DNA of 38,798 bases, taken from IMG/VR virus record IMGVR_UViG_3300037589_000089, positions 1 through 38,798 of that record. One strand, written 5' to 3'. The notes under the pieces are model-generated. The model worked only from the letters and a program-made list of their open reading frames with translations, was not told where the DNA came from and did no database searches. The DNA is from a virus (taxonomy: Duplodnaviria; Caudoviricetes). Position 1 is the stretch's first letter. Every line of letters starts with the position of its first letter. Below, in pieces: positions 7,155 through 15,447 of the stretch. The position numbers were made by a program, and so were the translations under genes.

Positions 7155-7756
7155 CGGGCGGGCTTGGTTGTTCCTGGTTCATCGGTCCGTTTCCGCACAT
7201 CGCTCGGCGGGTTCCCGGAGGGCCGTTCGGCAGTCCTTCGGCCATCGCACCGCATTTCGACGCGCTGGAGCCTGCGGAACAGGCCTCGGCGGTCAAGCTG
7301 ATGCTGGAGCGCGGCGACGATGTCGGAGAGATCGCCGACTGGCTCGGCCTGTCGCGAGCGGCAATCGAGGCCATCAGCGTCCGGCACTGCCAGCTCATCA
7401 GCCCCCGCGGCGAGGGCGATGATGTCAAGCGCAGGCCCGGTTCGGGGCCGAAGCGCCGCGCGGTTTCATGCGCCGCGGTCGACCGTGCGCTCGATGACAC
7501 GCTGCTGGCGATCGATGCGCTGCGCGCGAGGGCAGGCGGCGGACGCGAAGCCGCGTTCGACCTGACGCTCGAAGAGGTCTGCCAGGCGTGCGGCTTCGGG
7601 CTGGAGACAGCGCGGCGGCGGTTCAAGGAGCTTGAAAGCCGCAAATGGGTGCGCCGCAAGCTGCGCGCAGGCCTGCCCGCGCGGGTGACGATCGCGCTCG
7701 CGGGGCGCTGCAGGCTCGATGCGTTGGCGGGCAACAAGGGGAGGGCAAAGCCATGA
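7151..7756 (+). CDS. putative DNA-binding protein with HTH and winged-helix-like segments
   Basis: 'GDDVGEIADWLGLSRAAIE' and 'LTLEEVCQACGFGLETARRRFKELESRKWVRR'; coupled start at 7151. Confidence 0.7.
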   Translation: MTGGLGCSWFIGPFPHIARRVPGGPFGSPSAIAPHFDALEPAEQASAVKLMLERGDDVGEIADWLGLSRAAIEAISVRHCQLISPRGEGDDVKRRPGSGPKRRAVSCAAVDRALDDTLLAIDALRARAGGGREAAFDLTLEEVCQACGFGLETARRRFKELESRKWVRRKLRAGLPARVTIALAGRCRLDALAGNKGRAKP

Positions 7757-8079
7757 TGGCCCGGGTCCACCACGAGCCCCGGCCGCTCTACATCATCGCG
7801 CCGGATCTCTGGCAGTGCCGCAGAACCGCGCTGGCCCACGGGCTGGACCCGGAATCGCTTGGGGCGGTTCGTTGCATCACCTCGGCCTACCAGTTGCGTG
7901 GCACCCGGCCCGGCACGCCGTTCATCACCCACGGCCGCGATAACTGGGTGCGTGCCATGCCCGGCGTTTACGATCTCGATCAGACCATCGACCTGCTCAC
8001 CCGAACCGGCCGTCTCCGCGTCGCCGGAAACGACGACATCGCCGCCGCGCGCGGGGAGAAGCAGGAGGCAAGAGCTTGA
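7753..8079 (+). CDS. hypothetical protein
   Basis: MMARVHHEPRPLYIIAP...; coupled to neighbours. Confidence 0.7.
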   Translation: MMARVHHEPRPLYIIAPDLWQCRRTALAHGLDPESLGAVRCITSAYQLRGTRPGTPFITHGRDNWVRAMPGVYDLDQTIDLLTRTGRLRVAGNDDIAAARGEKQEARA

Positions 8080-10199
8080 GCCGCCCCCTGATCATCGACT
8101 GCTTTGCCGGTGGCGGCGGGGCCTCCACCGGCATCGAGATGGCTCTCGGGCGCTCGCCGGACTACGCCATCAACCACGATCCGGTGGCTGTGGCCATGCA
8201 TGCGGTCAACCATCCGGATTCGGTGCACCTGTGCCAGAATGTCTATCAGGTCGATCCTCTGGATCACTTCGCCCGCGCGCATATCGGCTTTGCCTGGTTC
8301 TCGCCCGACTGCAAGCACTTCTCCAAGGCCAAGGGCGGCGCGCCGGTGCAGCGGAACATTCGTGACCTGGCGTGGATCATCCCCGGATGGATCGAGCGGA
8401 TCCAGAAATCGGGCGGCAAGGTCGACGTGGTGGCGATCGAGAATGTAGAGGAATTCCAGACCTGGGGCCCGCTGCTGACGACCGACAAGGGTCTGGTGCC
8501 GGATCCCGCCCGGAAGGGCGAGACCTTCCAGAAATGGTGCAAGAAGCTCCAGCAGTTGGGCGGCAAGATCGAATGGCGCGAACTCCGGGCCTGCGATTAT
8601 GGCGCGCCGACAATTCGCAAGCGGGTGTTTATCCTGATCCGGTTTGACGGCAAGCCGATCGTCTGGCCGGAGCCGACGCACGGACACCCGGACAGCGAGG
8701 CTGTAAAGGCCCGGAGGCTCAAGCCCTGGCTGACGGCGGGGCGCGATGTGATCGACTGGTTGATCGTCTGTCCCTCGATCTTTGACAGCAAGGCGGAAAT
8801 CCTGCTCAAGCACAATCTTCGCGCGGTGCGTCCGCTGGCGGGCAACACGCAGACCCGGGTGGCGCGCGGTATCAAGCGATACGTGCTGGACGCAGCAAGG
8901 CCATTTCTGGTCAACCTGACCCACGGGGCCAGGCTGGAGGACGCGGGCCAGCCAATGCGCACCGTGACCGGGGCAAATCGGGGCGAGAAGGCGGTGGTAT
9001 CGCCGGTGATCACCTATGCCCAGCAAGGGGGCGCGGTGCGGGATCCGGGCGATCCGCTGCACACCGTGACGGCGTCGGCCAAGGATCAGAACGCGGTGAT
9101 TGCGCCGCACCTGATGACCATGCGCAACGCCGGAAAGCCATTCCAGGGCGCGGACGAACCGGCCCACACGGTGACCGCCGGCGGGGCGGGGCTGACATGC
9201 GTTGCCGCCTCGCTGGCGCAGACGGGCTATGGTGAGCGGGAGGGACAGGCACCGCGCGCGCTCGATCCAGATGCGCCGCTCGGGACGGTGGTTGCCGGTG
9301 GCGTCAAGCACGCGCCTGTGGCGGCCTATTTGGCGGCGGGGTCACCCGGCCCGGATAAGAACAACCGCGCTGCAAAGAATAGCGAGCGCCATGAGGCCGA
9401 CAAGTCCTTTACCGCGAAAGGTGAAGTGTTTGTATCTAAAGCTGAACATCGGGCGTGTCTCCTTGTGAACGATGGCTCGAGTTTCGATCAAGAGAAGGGG
9501 TGTCGGTTTTTCCCGGATGCTCCTGCCGTCGCTTTTCTTGCCCAGCACAACAATGACAGCCGCCGCGCTGGCGGTGTTAACCCCGGTCGCGATCTACGTG
9601 ATCCTGTCTCGACGATCACGGCTGTGCCGCAGCAGGCGGTCGTTGCCGCCAACATGTTTTCGATGAAGGGCAGCGGCAGGCGGGCCAGCGGAGCCGATGA
9701 GCCGGCGCGGGTGGCGTGCACGGGCGGTGGTCAGTCCGCCATCGTGGCGGGTGCGGTGACCAAATACTACGGCACCGGCGACGGGCAGGAGCCCGGCGAT
9801 CCGCTCCACACCGTGACCACCAAGGACCGTTTCTGCCTCTCGCAAGCCGCCCTCTGCGCTCCGCCCTTTGGGCCGGAACACCATGAGCGCGCCCGCGAGG
9901 TGGCGGCGTTCCTGCGGACGCACGGCTTCTGGGACGATCGCGAGTTTGTGACGCTCGATGTGGAGGGCGTCACGCTGGTGATGGTCGACATCGGCATGCG
10001 CATGCTCACGCCGCGCGAGCTGTTCAACGCGCAGGGCTTTCCGGATGACTATGAGATCGACCGGGATCTCGACGGCAATGTGTTCTCGAAATCCGATCAG
10101 GTTGGGCGCGCCGGCAACAGCGTCTGCCCGCCGTTGGCCGAAGCGATTGCGCGGGCAAATGTCCCGCACCTGGCGGCGTTCGAGGAGGCTGCGGAATGA
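8076..10199 (+). CDS. DNA (cytosine-5) methyltransferase, long phage type
   Basis: Motif I 'DCFAGGGG', IV 'SPDCKHFS', VI 'ENV', VIII 'RKR', IX 'RMLTPREL..AQGFP', X 'GNSV'; repeated 'P.HTVTA' units in the variable region; TTG start with GGAGG SD. Confidence 0.95.
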   Translation: MSRPLIIDCFAGGGGASTGIEMALGRSPDYAINHDPVAVAMHAVNHPDSVHLCQNVYQVDPLDHFARAHIGFAWFSPDCKHFSKAKGGAPVQRNIRDLAWIIPGWIERIQKSGGKVDVVAIENVEEFQTWGPLLTTDKGLVPDPARKGETFQKWCKKLQQLGGKIEWRELRACDYGAPTIRKRVFILIRFDGKPIVWPEPTHGHPDSEAVKARRLKPWLTAGRDVIDWLIVCPSIFDSKAEILLKHNLRAVRPLAGNTQTRVARGIKRYVLDAARPFLVNLTHGARLEDAGQPMRTVTGANRGEKAVVSPVITYAQQGGAVRDPGDPLHTVTASAKDQNAVIAPHLMTMRNAGKPFQGADEPAHTVTAGGAGLTCVAASLAQTGYGEREGQAPRALDPDAPLGTVVAGGVKHAPVAAYLAAGSPGPDKNNRAAKNSERHEADKSFTAKGEVFVSKAEHRACLLVNDGSSFDQEKGCRFFPDAPAVAFLAQHNNDSRRAGGVNPGRDLRDPVSTITAVPQQAVVAANMFSMKGSGRRASGADEPARVACTGGGQSAIVAGAVTKYYGTGDGQEPGDPLHTVTTKDRFCLSQAALCAPPFGPEHHERAREVAAFLRTHGFWDDREFVTLDVEGVTLVMVDIGMRMLTPRELFNAQGFPDDYEIDRDLDGNVFSKSDQVGRAGNSVCPPLAEAIARANVPHLAAFEEAAE
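9342..9449 (-). CDS. 35-aa membrane peptide nested antisense inside the C5 methyltransferase
   Basis: AAGGAGA SD 8 nt before ATG; MFSFRYKHFTFRGKGLVGLMALAILCSAVVLIRAG; lies in a visibly AT-richer patch. Confidence 0.6.
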   Translation of the reverse strand: MFSFRYKHFTFRGKGLVGLMALAILCSAVVLIRAG

Positions 10200-11551
10200 G
10201 CGAGATCATCGACCTGTTCATCGCTCGCGCCCGGGACGTCTCGATTGCGGAAGCCGCGCCGCGGCTGGGGCTCACGCTCAAGGGCAGCGGCGCCGAGCAG
10301 GCGATGCCGTGCCCGCATTGTGGCGGCAAGGACCGCTTTGCGCTCAACACGGTCAAGAACAAGTGGAACTGCCGTGGCGGCTCGACCGGCGGCAATGATG
10401 CGATCGGCATGGCCGCGCACATTCTCGGCCTCGATGTCGGCCGGCGTCCCGAGTTCCTCGAGGCTTGCGGCGCGGTGCTGGGCAAAGCGGTGCCCGATGA
10501 GGCCGAACCGGTGAGCGAGGAACGGCGCGCGGAGATCCGCGCCGAGGCAGAGGTGCGGGCGGAACAGGCGGCGCGGGATGCGGCAGCGCGCCAAAGCGAG
10601 GCCAATGACTTCCGGGACAGGGAGTTGGCCAGGTGTCGCGGAATATATGAAGCTGCAGATCTGGGGAGCCGGCTCTTGGGCATGCGCTATCTGCATGCCC
10701 GCTCAGGCTTGCCGATCGAGGCGGGCGCTCACGCCTGCCGCGCAATCCGGCTTGAGCCGAAACTCTCCTACTGGCACGGCAAGGACGAGCGCGGCTACGC
10801 CCGTGATATCTGGTGCGGTCCGGCTTTGGCGCTGCCCTTCGTTGATGGCGGCGGCGAGCTGATCGGCATCCACCAGACATGGATCGATCTCGACAACGGT
10901 CCGAAATACAGGCCAGCGCTCTACGGCTTGAGCAAGACCGGCGCAGATGCCGGGCGCGAAGACCGGGCAGGGCCGCCGACCGCGCACTGGCCGTCACCCG
11001 CCGATCTGAAAGCCGGGTTCTATGAACCGCTCGCCACCAAGAAGATGCGCGGTTCGAAAAAGGGCGGGCTGTTGCCGCTGGCGGGCGACATGAGTGCCAC
11101 GCGCTGGGTGGTGGGTGAGGGGGTAGAAAACGTGATCGCCTGGTTCGGCGCGGAATTGAATGAAGACCAGGATCTGGCCCTCTCCACCTTCTATGCTGCA
11201 GCCGGCGATATCGGTAACCTGGCGGGCCCGTCCGCGCGCACCGGCCGCTTCGCCCACCCGACAGCGACGAAGATCAACGCGAAGGGGGCTGCGAGGCAGG
11301 TGATGATGCCGAGCCCTGAGCCCGACCCGGAGCGGCTTGCCGAGGGCTTTCCGCTCGGGACCCACGTGCGCGAGCTGCTGTTCCTCGGCGACGGCGATTC
11401 CGAGCCGGTTTGGACCGCGGCCCACATGGCCCGCGCCGAAGCCCGCGCGCAGCTGATCGCCCCCGGCATCGAGGTCGCAACCGCCTGGCCGCCGCGGGGG
11501 CACGACTGGGCCGAGGTGATTGCAATGGCACTGCGTGGCGAGGCGGCATGA
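10196..11551 (+). CDS. DNA primase (P4 alpha-type zinc finger + Toprim-like domain)
   Basis: 'PCPHCGGKDRF...WNCRG', 'VGEGVEN', 'GDGD', 'PPRGHDW'. Confidence 0.88.
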   Translation: MSEIIDLFIARARDVSIAEAAPRLGLTLKGSGAEQAMPCPHCGGKDRFALNTVKNKWNCRGGSTGGNDAIGMAAHILGLDVGRRPEFLEACGAVLGKAVPDEAEPVSEERRAEIRAEAEVRAEQAARDAAARQSEANDFRDRELARCRGIYEAADLGSRLLGMRYLHARSGLPIEAGAHACRAIRLEPKLSYWHGKDERGYARDIWCGPALALPFVDGGGELIGIHQTWIDLDNGPKYRPALYGLSKTGADAGREDRAGPPTAHWPSPADLKAGFYEPLATKKMRGSKKGGLLPLAGDMSATRWVVGEGVENVIAWFGAELNEDQDLALSTFYAAAGDIGNLAGPSARTGRFAHPTATKINAKGAARQVMMPSPEPDPERLAEGFPLGTHVRELLFLGDGDSEPVWTAAHMARAEARAQLIAPGIEVATAWPPRGHDWAEVIAMALRGEAA

Positions 11552-13368
11552 ACAAACACGTCAAGATCCCCGCTGCCGTGCAGGCCATGCTCGATGCCAT
11601 GGGGCATGAACCGCGAGCCGAAAACCCGGACCCTTCATCGAAGCCGGAGCCCGCAACCGCTGCCGGAGCACCCCAGCTGCCCGAGCCGGATGCGCCGGAA
11701 CTGACCGCCGAGGAAATGCTGGCCGAATGCGCGGGCGAGCCCGAAACCGACATCGGCAACGGCCGTCGGCTCCTGATCCGCTACGGCAGCCGCATCCTGC
11801 ACGTTGCCCGCGTCGGCTGGCACGGCTTCGACGGAAAGCACTGGAAAGAGGACGAGGACGGCTCGGTGGTGCGTCCCCTGGCCCAGAAAACGGCTGAGTT
11901 CATCGATGACGAGGCCATGGCGATGTCTGCCACAGAGGAGGAGGCCATCCTCATCGAGGCCGGCCAGACCGCGCGCAAGGAGCGGATCAAGATGGGCCGG
12001 CCCGCCAAGGACTGGCCGGCCGACAAGTCGCAGCGCTGGCTCGAACTCGAGGAAACCGAGGAGGCGGGCGAAGCCGCGTTGAAAACCGTCAAGGGCCGGC
12101 GCTCGGCGCGGCATCGCTTTGCCAAATCCTCCGCCGGCACGTCGAAGATCAACAACCTCTTGACCGAGGCCGCGCCGCACGTGGCCCGCATGGTCAACGA
12201 CATGAACACCGATCTTTTCGCCTTCAACTGCACAAACGGCACGCTCCGCTTCGTGCGCGTCGAGGACGAGGAAAGCGACCCGGACGACCCGCGCTGGCGC
12301 TGGGAGGCACGGCTCGATCAGCACCGGGCGGGCGACTATATTTCCAAGCTCGGGCAGGTGGAGTATCGCCCGGACACGAAAGCGCCGGAGTTCCACAAAT
12401 TCTTCCAGACCGTGCAGCCGGATCCCGCGGTGCGGCTCTTCCTGCAGCGCTTCTTCGGCTACAGCCTGCTCGGCCTAACCAAGGAACAGTGCCTGCTGTT
12501 CTTCTATGGCGCGGGGCGCAACGGCAAGTCGACCTTCATCGACCTGATGACCGAGATTCTCGGCAATTACGCCGTCACGCTGTCGGTCGACAGTTTTGCG
12601 GGCGAGGGCCGCCGCTCGGGGGCGGAGGCGACGCCTGACCTTGCCCGCCTGCCCGGTGCTCGGCTGGTGGCGGCAAGCGAGCCCGAAAGCGGCGTGCACC
12701 TGAAGGAATCGCTGATCAAGACGCTGACCGGTGGCGAGCGCATTCCCGTGCGCCGTCTGCAGCAGGAATTCATTGAAGTGATCCCGCAGTTCAAGATCGT
12801 CATGGTTGGCAACCACAAGCCGGTGATCCGCGACACGTCCGACGGCATCTGGCGGCGCGTGCTGCTGGTGCCCTGGGAGATCCAGATCGCGTCCGACCAG
12901 GTTGACCGACGCTTGCCGGAAAAGCTGCGCGCGGAGGCCGATGGCGTGTTCGCCTGGCTGGTGCGTGGCGCGCTCGACTATCTCACGCTCGGTCTCGCCG
13001 TGCCCGACAAGGTGACGGCCGCCACCAGCGAATACCGTGAGGACAGCGACCCGATTGGGGCCTTCATCCGCGCCGGATGCGTCGTCACCGGCTATGAGCA
13101 CGACAGTTCGACACCTGACGATATCTGCGTCGGCTACGCCAACTGGGCGGCGCGCGAGGGGCAGCCGGAGTTCAAGAAATCGACCCTGATGCGTCGTTTC
13201 CCGGACTATGCCCGCAAGCAATGGGAGGGGCCGGACGGCATGATGCATGCCTTCCGAAAGCACAAGTCCTCGACCACCCGTTATGTCGGGATCAAGGTGC
13301 GCGACGAATATCTGCGGGTGCGTGGCGAGGGTGGGCCGGATGGTGGCGCGGGCTATGGCGACCAATGA
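11548..13368 (+). CDS. P4-family/D5-like SF3 helicase (phage/plasmid primase P4 family C-terminal)
   Basis: 'TDIGNGRRL', 'FNCTNGTL', Walker A 'GAGRNGKST', 'IKTLTGGE', 'GIWRR'. Real start ATG 11548. Confidence 0.93.
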   Translation: MNKHVKIPAAVQAMLDAMGHEPRAENPDPSSKPEPATAAGAPQLPEPDAPELTAEEMLAECAGEPETDIGNGRRLLIRYGSRILHVARVGWHGFDGKHWKEDEDGSVVRPLAQKTAEFIDDEAMAMSATEEEAILIEAGQTARKERIKMGRPAKDWPADKSQRWLELEETEEAGEAALKTVKGRRSARHRFAKSSAGTSKINNLLTEAAPHVARMVNDMNTDLFAFNCTNGTLRFVRVEDEESDPDDPRWRWEARLDQHRAGDYISKLGQVEYRPDTKAPEFHKFFQTVQPDPAVRLFLQRFFGYSLLGLTKEQCLLFFYGAGRNGKSTFIDLMTEILGNYAVTLSVDSFAGEGRRSGAEATPDLARLPGARLVAASEPESGVHLKESLIKTLTGGERIPVRRLQQEFIEVIPQFKIVMVGNHKPVIRDTSDGIWRRVLLVPWEIQIASDQVDRRLPEKLRAEADGVFAWLVRGALDYLTLGLAVPDKVTAATSEYREDSDPIGAFIRAGCVVTGYEHDSSTPDDICVGYANWAAREGQPEFKKSTLMRRFPDYARKQWEGPDGMMHAFRKHKSSTTRYVGIKVRDEYLRVRGEGGPDGGAGYGDQ

Positions 13369-13429
13369 TGACGAATTACCCGCACCCCTCGCGTGCGCGT
13401 GGGGCGTTCATCCCGCTCCAATCCCCCGC

Positions 13430-13775
13430 CGCCCGGGACGATAGAGGGCAGCGAGGGAGGCTGGCGGAAATTCCGGGCTCTTGCTCCCCGTCTAAAGGGT
13501 TTGGGAAATCAATGATTTATGCGGCTAGGGAGGATAGGGAGGATATTTGCGGCGCGCGCGTGTGCGCAGTTTCTTTCAAAGGGTGTGGCCCATGAGAGAA
13601 AACACGGTGAAGCTTTGTATGCGTACGTCCTCTTTATCCTCCCTAGCCTCCCTTCCATCCCTGTCTTTTTCTTGAATCTCAACAAAAACAACAGGATGGC
13701 CGAAGGCCAGCAAGGGGGATCAGGGAAGCAAGCAGCCAAAAACGGGAGGCAAGGGGCAAAAAATGGGAAGCAAGC
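13430..13775. other. probable replication origin with GGGAGG/GGGAAG iteron-like repeats
   Basis: Non-coding-looking gap after the helicase; tandem TAGGGAGGA x2 (13526-13543); 14-bp inverted repeat GGCTAGGGAGGATA (13523-13536)/TATCCTCCCTAGCC (13635-13648); further GGGA(A/G)GC copies 13720-13775; A/T tracts. Confidence 0.6.
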
Positions 13776-13797
13776 ACTCGAAACAGGAAATCAGATC

Positions 13798-14592
13798 ATG
13801 AAACAGATCCCGATCGTTCAATTGCTGGAATGGGCCTATCGGCACGAACTGCCCAAGGCCGAGCGCGCCGGCGGCGGTATGGGCGCGTCGGCGCCATCGT
13901 CTTGGGGCATGGTCTACAATCTCGGCATCCTCGGCACGGTGATCGATGCGCCGATCAACGGCTATGGCGTCGTTGCCATCGGCATGGATGAGGGCGACCC
14001 GCATCCAGATGCCTTGAAAGTCGGTGAAGCGGTAGCGCGTCTTGCGACTGCCCGGATCTCGATCGGCAATGACTGGTCGCCGTTTCCAGAGTGGGCCGAT
14101 GCCGATGGTCTGGTGGCCGAAACTGTGAACCGCATCCGCCCGCGGCTGGCCTCGCTGTCCGGCAAGGAAATCCAGGCCATGCTGATCGCCCGCGCCGTGC
14201 TGGGCCGCAAACCCGACTGGCGTGGTGAGGAGCCGGGCCGGGCGATGATGATGCGTGGCGGGACGCCTGGCTGGTTCATGAAGGAAATCGGCAAGGACGC
14301 CTATGGAAACAGGACCGAACGCGAGGTAGATGGCTTCAATCCTCGCAGTCGGCGGCCGCGCCCTGGTGCCTATCGCAAGTTCCGGCTTTCGACCGATGTA
14401 TCCGGCCTTGCGATCGACCGGTTTCGCCGGACCGTGTGGGCTCTGGCTGTGCGCCATGTGGCGCAAGAGGTCGCCGCTCGGCTTTCAAGCCATGAACTGA
14501 CCGCCGAAGTGCCTACGCTGGCGCCTTGGGCAGCTGTCGCAGGGTTGGTGAGCCGTCCGGACCCCTCTCACGCTGTGTCGCTTTTTCTTTGA
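13798..14592 (+). CDS. hypothetical protein at the late-regulator (Q-like) position
   Basis: MKQIPIVQLLEWAYRHELPK...; last early gene before the promoter-terminator unit; function inferred from position only. Confidence 0.7.
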   Translation: MKQIPIVQLLEWAYRHELPKAERAGGGMGASAPSSWGMVYNLGILGTVIDAPINGYGVVAIGMDEGDPHPDALKVGEAVARLATARISIGNDWSPFPEWADADGLVAETVNRIRPRLASLSGKEIQAMLIARAVLGRKPDWRGEEPGRAMMMRGGTPGWFMKEIGKDAYGNRTEREVDGFNPRSRRPRPGAYRKFRLSTDVSGLAIDRFRRTVWALAVRHVAQEVAARLSSHELTAEVPTLAPWAAVAGLVSRPDPSHAVSLFL

Positions 14593-14620
14593 CATGCGAC
14601 CGAAAGTTGACAATGGTCAT
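14589..14620 (+). promoter_or_regulatory. putative late promoter region
   Basis: Two TTGACA hexamers (14589-14594, 14607-14612); no clean -10 at canonical spacing. Confidence 0.4.
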
Positions 14621-14642
14621 CTCACCCTGAAAAGGACAACTC

Positions 14643-14672
14643 AAACCCGCTGGCAACCCCGGCGGGTTTTTT
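14643..14672 (+). terminator. rho-independent terminator ahead of the late operon
   Basis: AAACCCGCTGG-caac-CCCGGCGGGTTTTTT hairpin plus T-tract. Confidence 0.85.
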
Positions 14673-14688
14673 CGTGGGAGGATGGGAC

Positions 14689-15240
14689 GTGGCAGGCGCG
14701 GGACTTCATATCGATGCCAGCGACTTCCGCGCGCTCGGTGCGGCGATGCACCGGCTGCCGGCTGACCTGAAGGCCAAGGCATTTCGCTCGGCCGTGAACC
14801 ATACCGGCAAGAAAGCGCGGACCCAGATCGCTCGGCTTGCCGCAAAGTATTCGGGATTGCCCTACCGCTTCACGCGCGATGCAGCGCAGATGCGGCTGAC
14901 CGGCGATGATGTGGAGATCAAGCTGCGGTCCAGGTGGATCTCGCTGGCGCAACTTGGGCCGCGACAGACACGCAAGGGCGTAAGTGTTCGTGGCCGTGGA
15001 TCATATGCCGGTGCGTTCATCGCTCATTCGAAGATTTCCGGTACCAACGCCGTCCTGGTCCGCAAGGGAAAGAAGCGGACACCGGTGCGCGAACTGTACG
15101 CCGCCAACCCAGCCCACGCTATGGGCGCCGACCGGCACGGCGAGTTCCAGCGGATGGCCGATGAGATCATGGCCCGCGACTTCGCCGCCCGGCTTATCCA
15201 CGAAGTCGACCGAAGGCTGGCCCGTCTCGCCGCTGGCTAA
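14689..15240 (+). CDS. lambda gpZ-like minor tail/tail-completion protein
   Basis: Basic protein, 'AFRSAVNHTGKKART', 'GAFIA', 'RKGKKRTPVRELY' pattern of the gpZ family; GTG start. Confidence 0.65.
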   Translation: MAGAGLHIDASDFRALGAAMHRLPADLKAKAFRSAVNHTGKKARTQIARLAAKYSGLPYRFTRDAAQMRLTGDDVEIKLRSRWISLAQLGPRQTRKGVSVRGRGSYAGAFIAHSKISGTNAVLVRKGKKRTPVRELYAANPAHAMGADRHGEFQRMADEIMARDFAARLIHEVDRRLARLAAG

Positions 15241-15290
15241 ACCGCTTCGATGAGTGTGTGACACAAGACGGGGGCACCCCCACCCCTCGC

Positions 15291-15345
15291 GGGTCCTTCC
15301 CCCCTCCAAACCCGGACGGGGCGGGACGACCCTGAAATTTCGCTA
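15291..15345 (+). other. lambda-like cos packaging site candidate
   Basis: GGGTCCT (identical to lambda cosQ) at 15291-15297, then ACG-GGGCGGGACGACC...TTTCGCTA, resembling lambda ACG-GGGCGGCGACCT...TTTCGCTA; immediately upstream of terS. Confidence 0.7.
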
Positions 15346-15366
15346 GGATTTTGAATTGAAAAGCTG

Positions 15367-15412
15367 GGTTGCGATGGTTGCGGCGGTTGCGGCGACTGCG
15401 TTGCGGGTTGCG
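15367..15412 (+). repeat. GGTTGCG short direct repeats (candidate terminase-binding sites)
   Basis: Copies at 15367, 15376, 15385 (9-bp period), 15406, plus a variant at 15399. Confidence 0.7.
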
Positions 15413-15447
15413 GCTTTGATGAAAGGATGCCTTCGGGCAAAGATGCA

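Noticed and set aside
13519-13797. N-terminal extension of the 13519-14592 ORF
   Set aside because: It runs through the repeat-rich origin-like region with low-complexity translation; ATG 13798 with an upstream AGGA is the more plausible start.
15367-15412. GGTTGCG repeats as a CRISPR array or microsatellite
   Set aside because: 7-bp units with 0-2 bp gaps, no spacers and no cas genes; better explained as packaging-site repeats.
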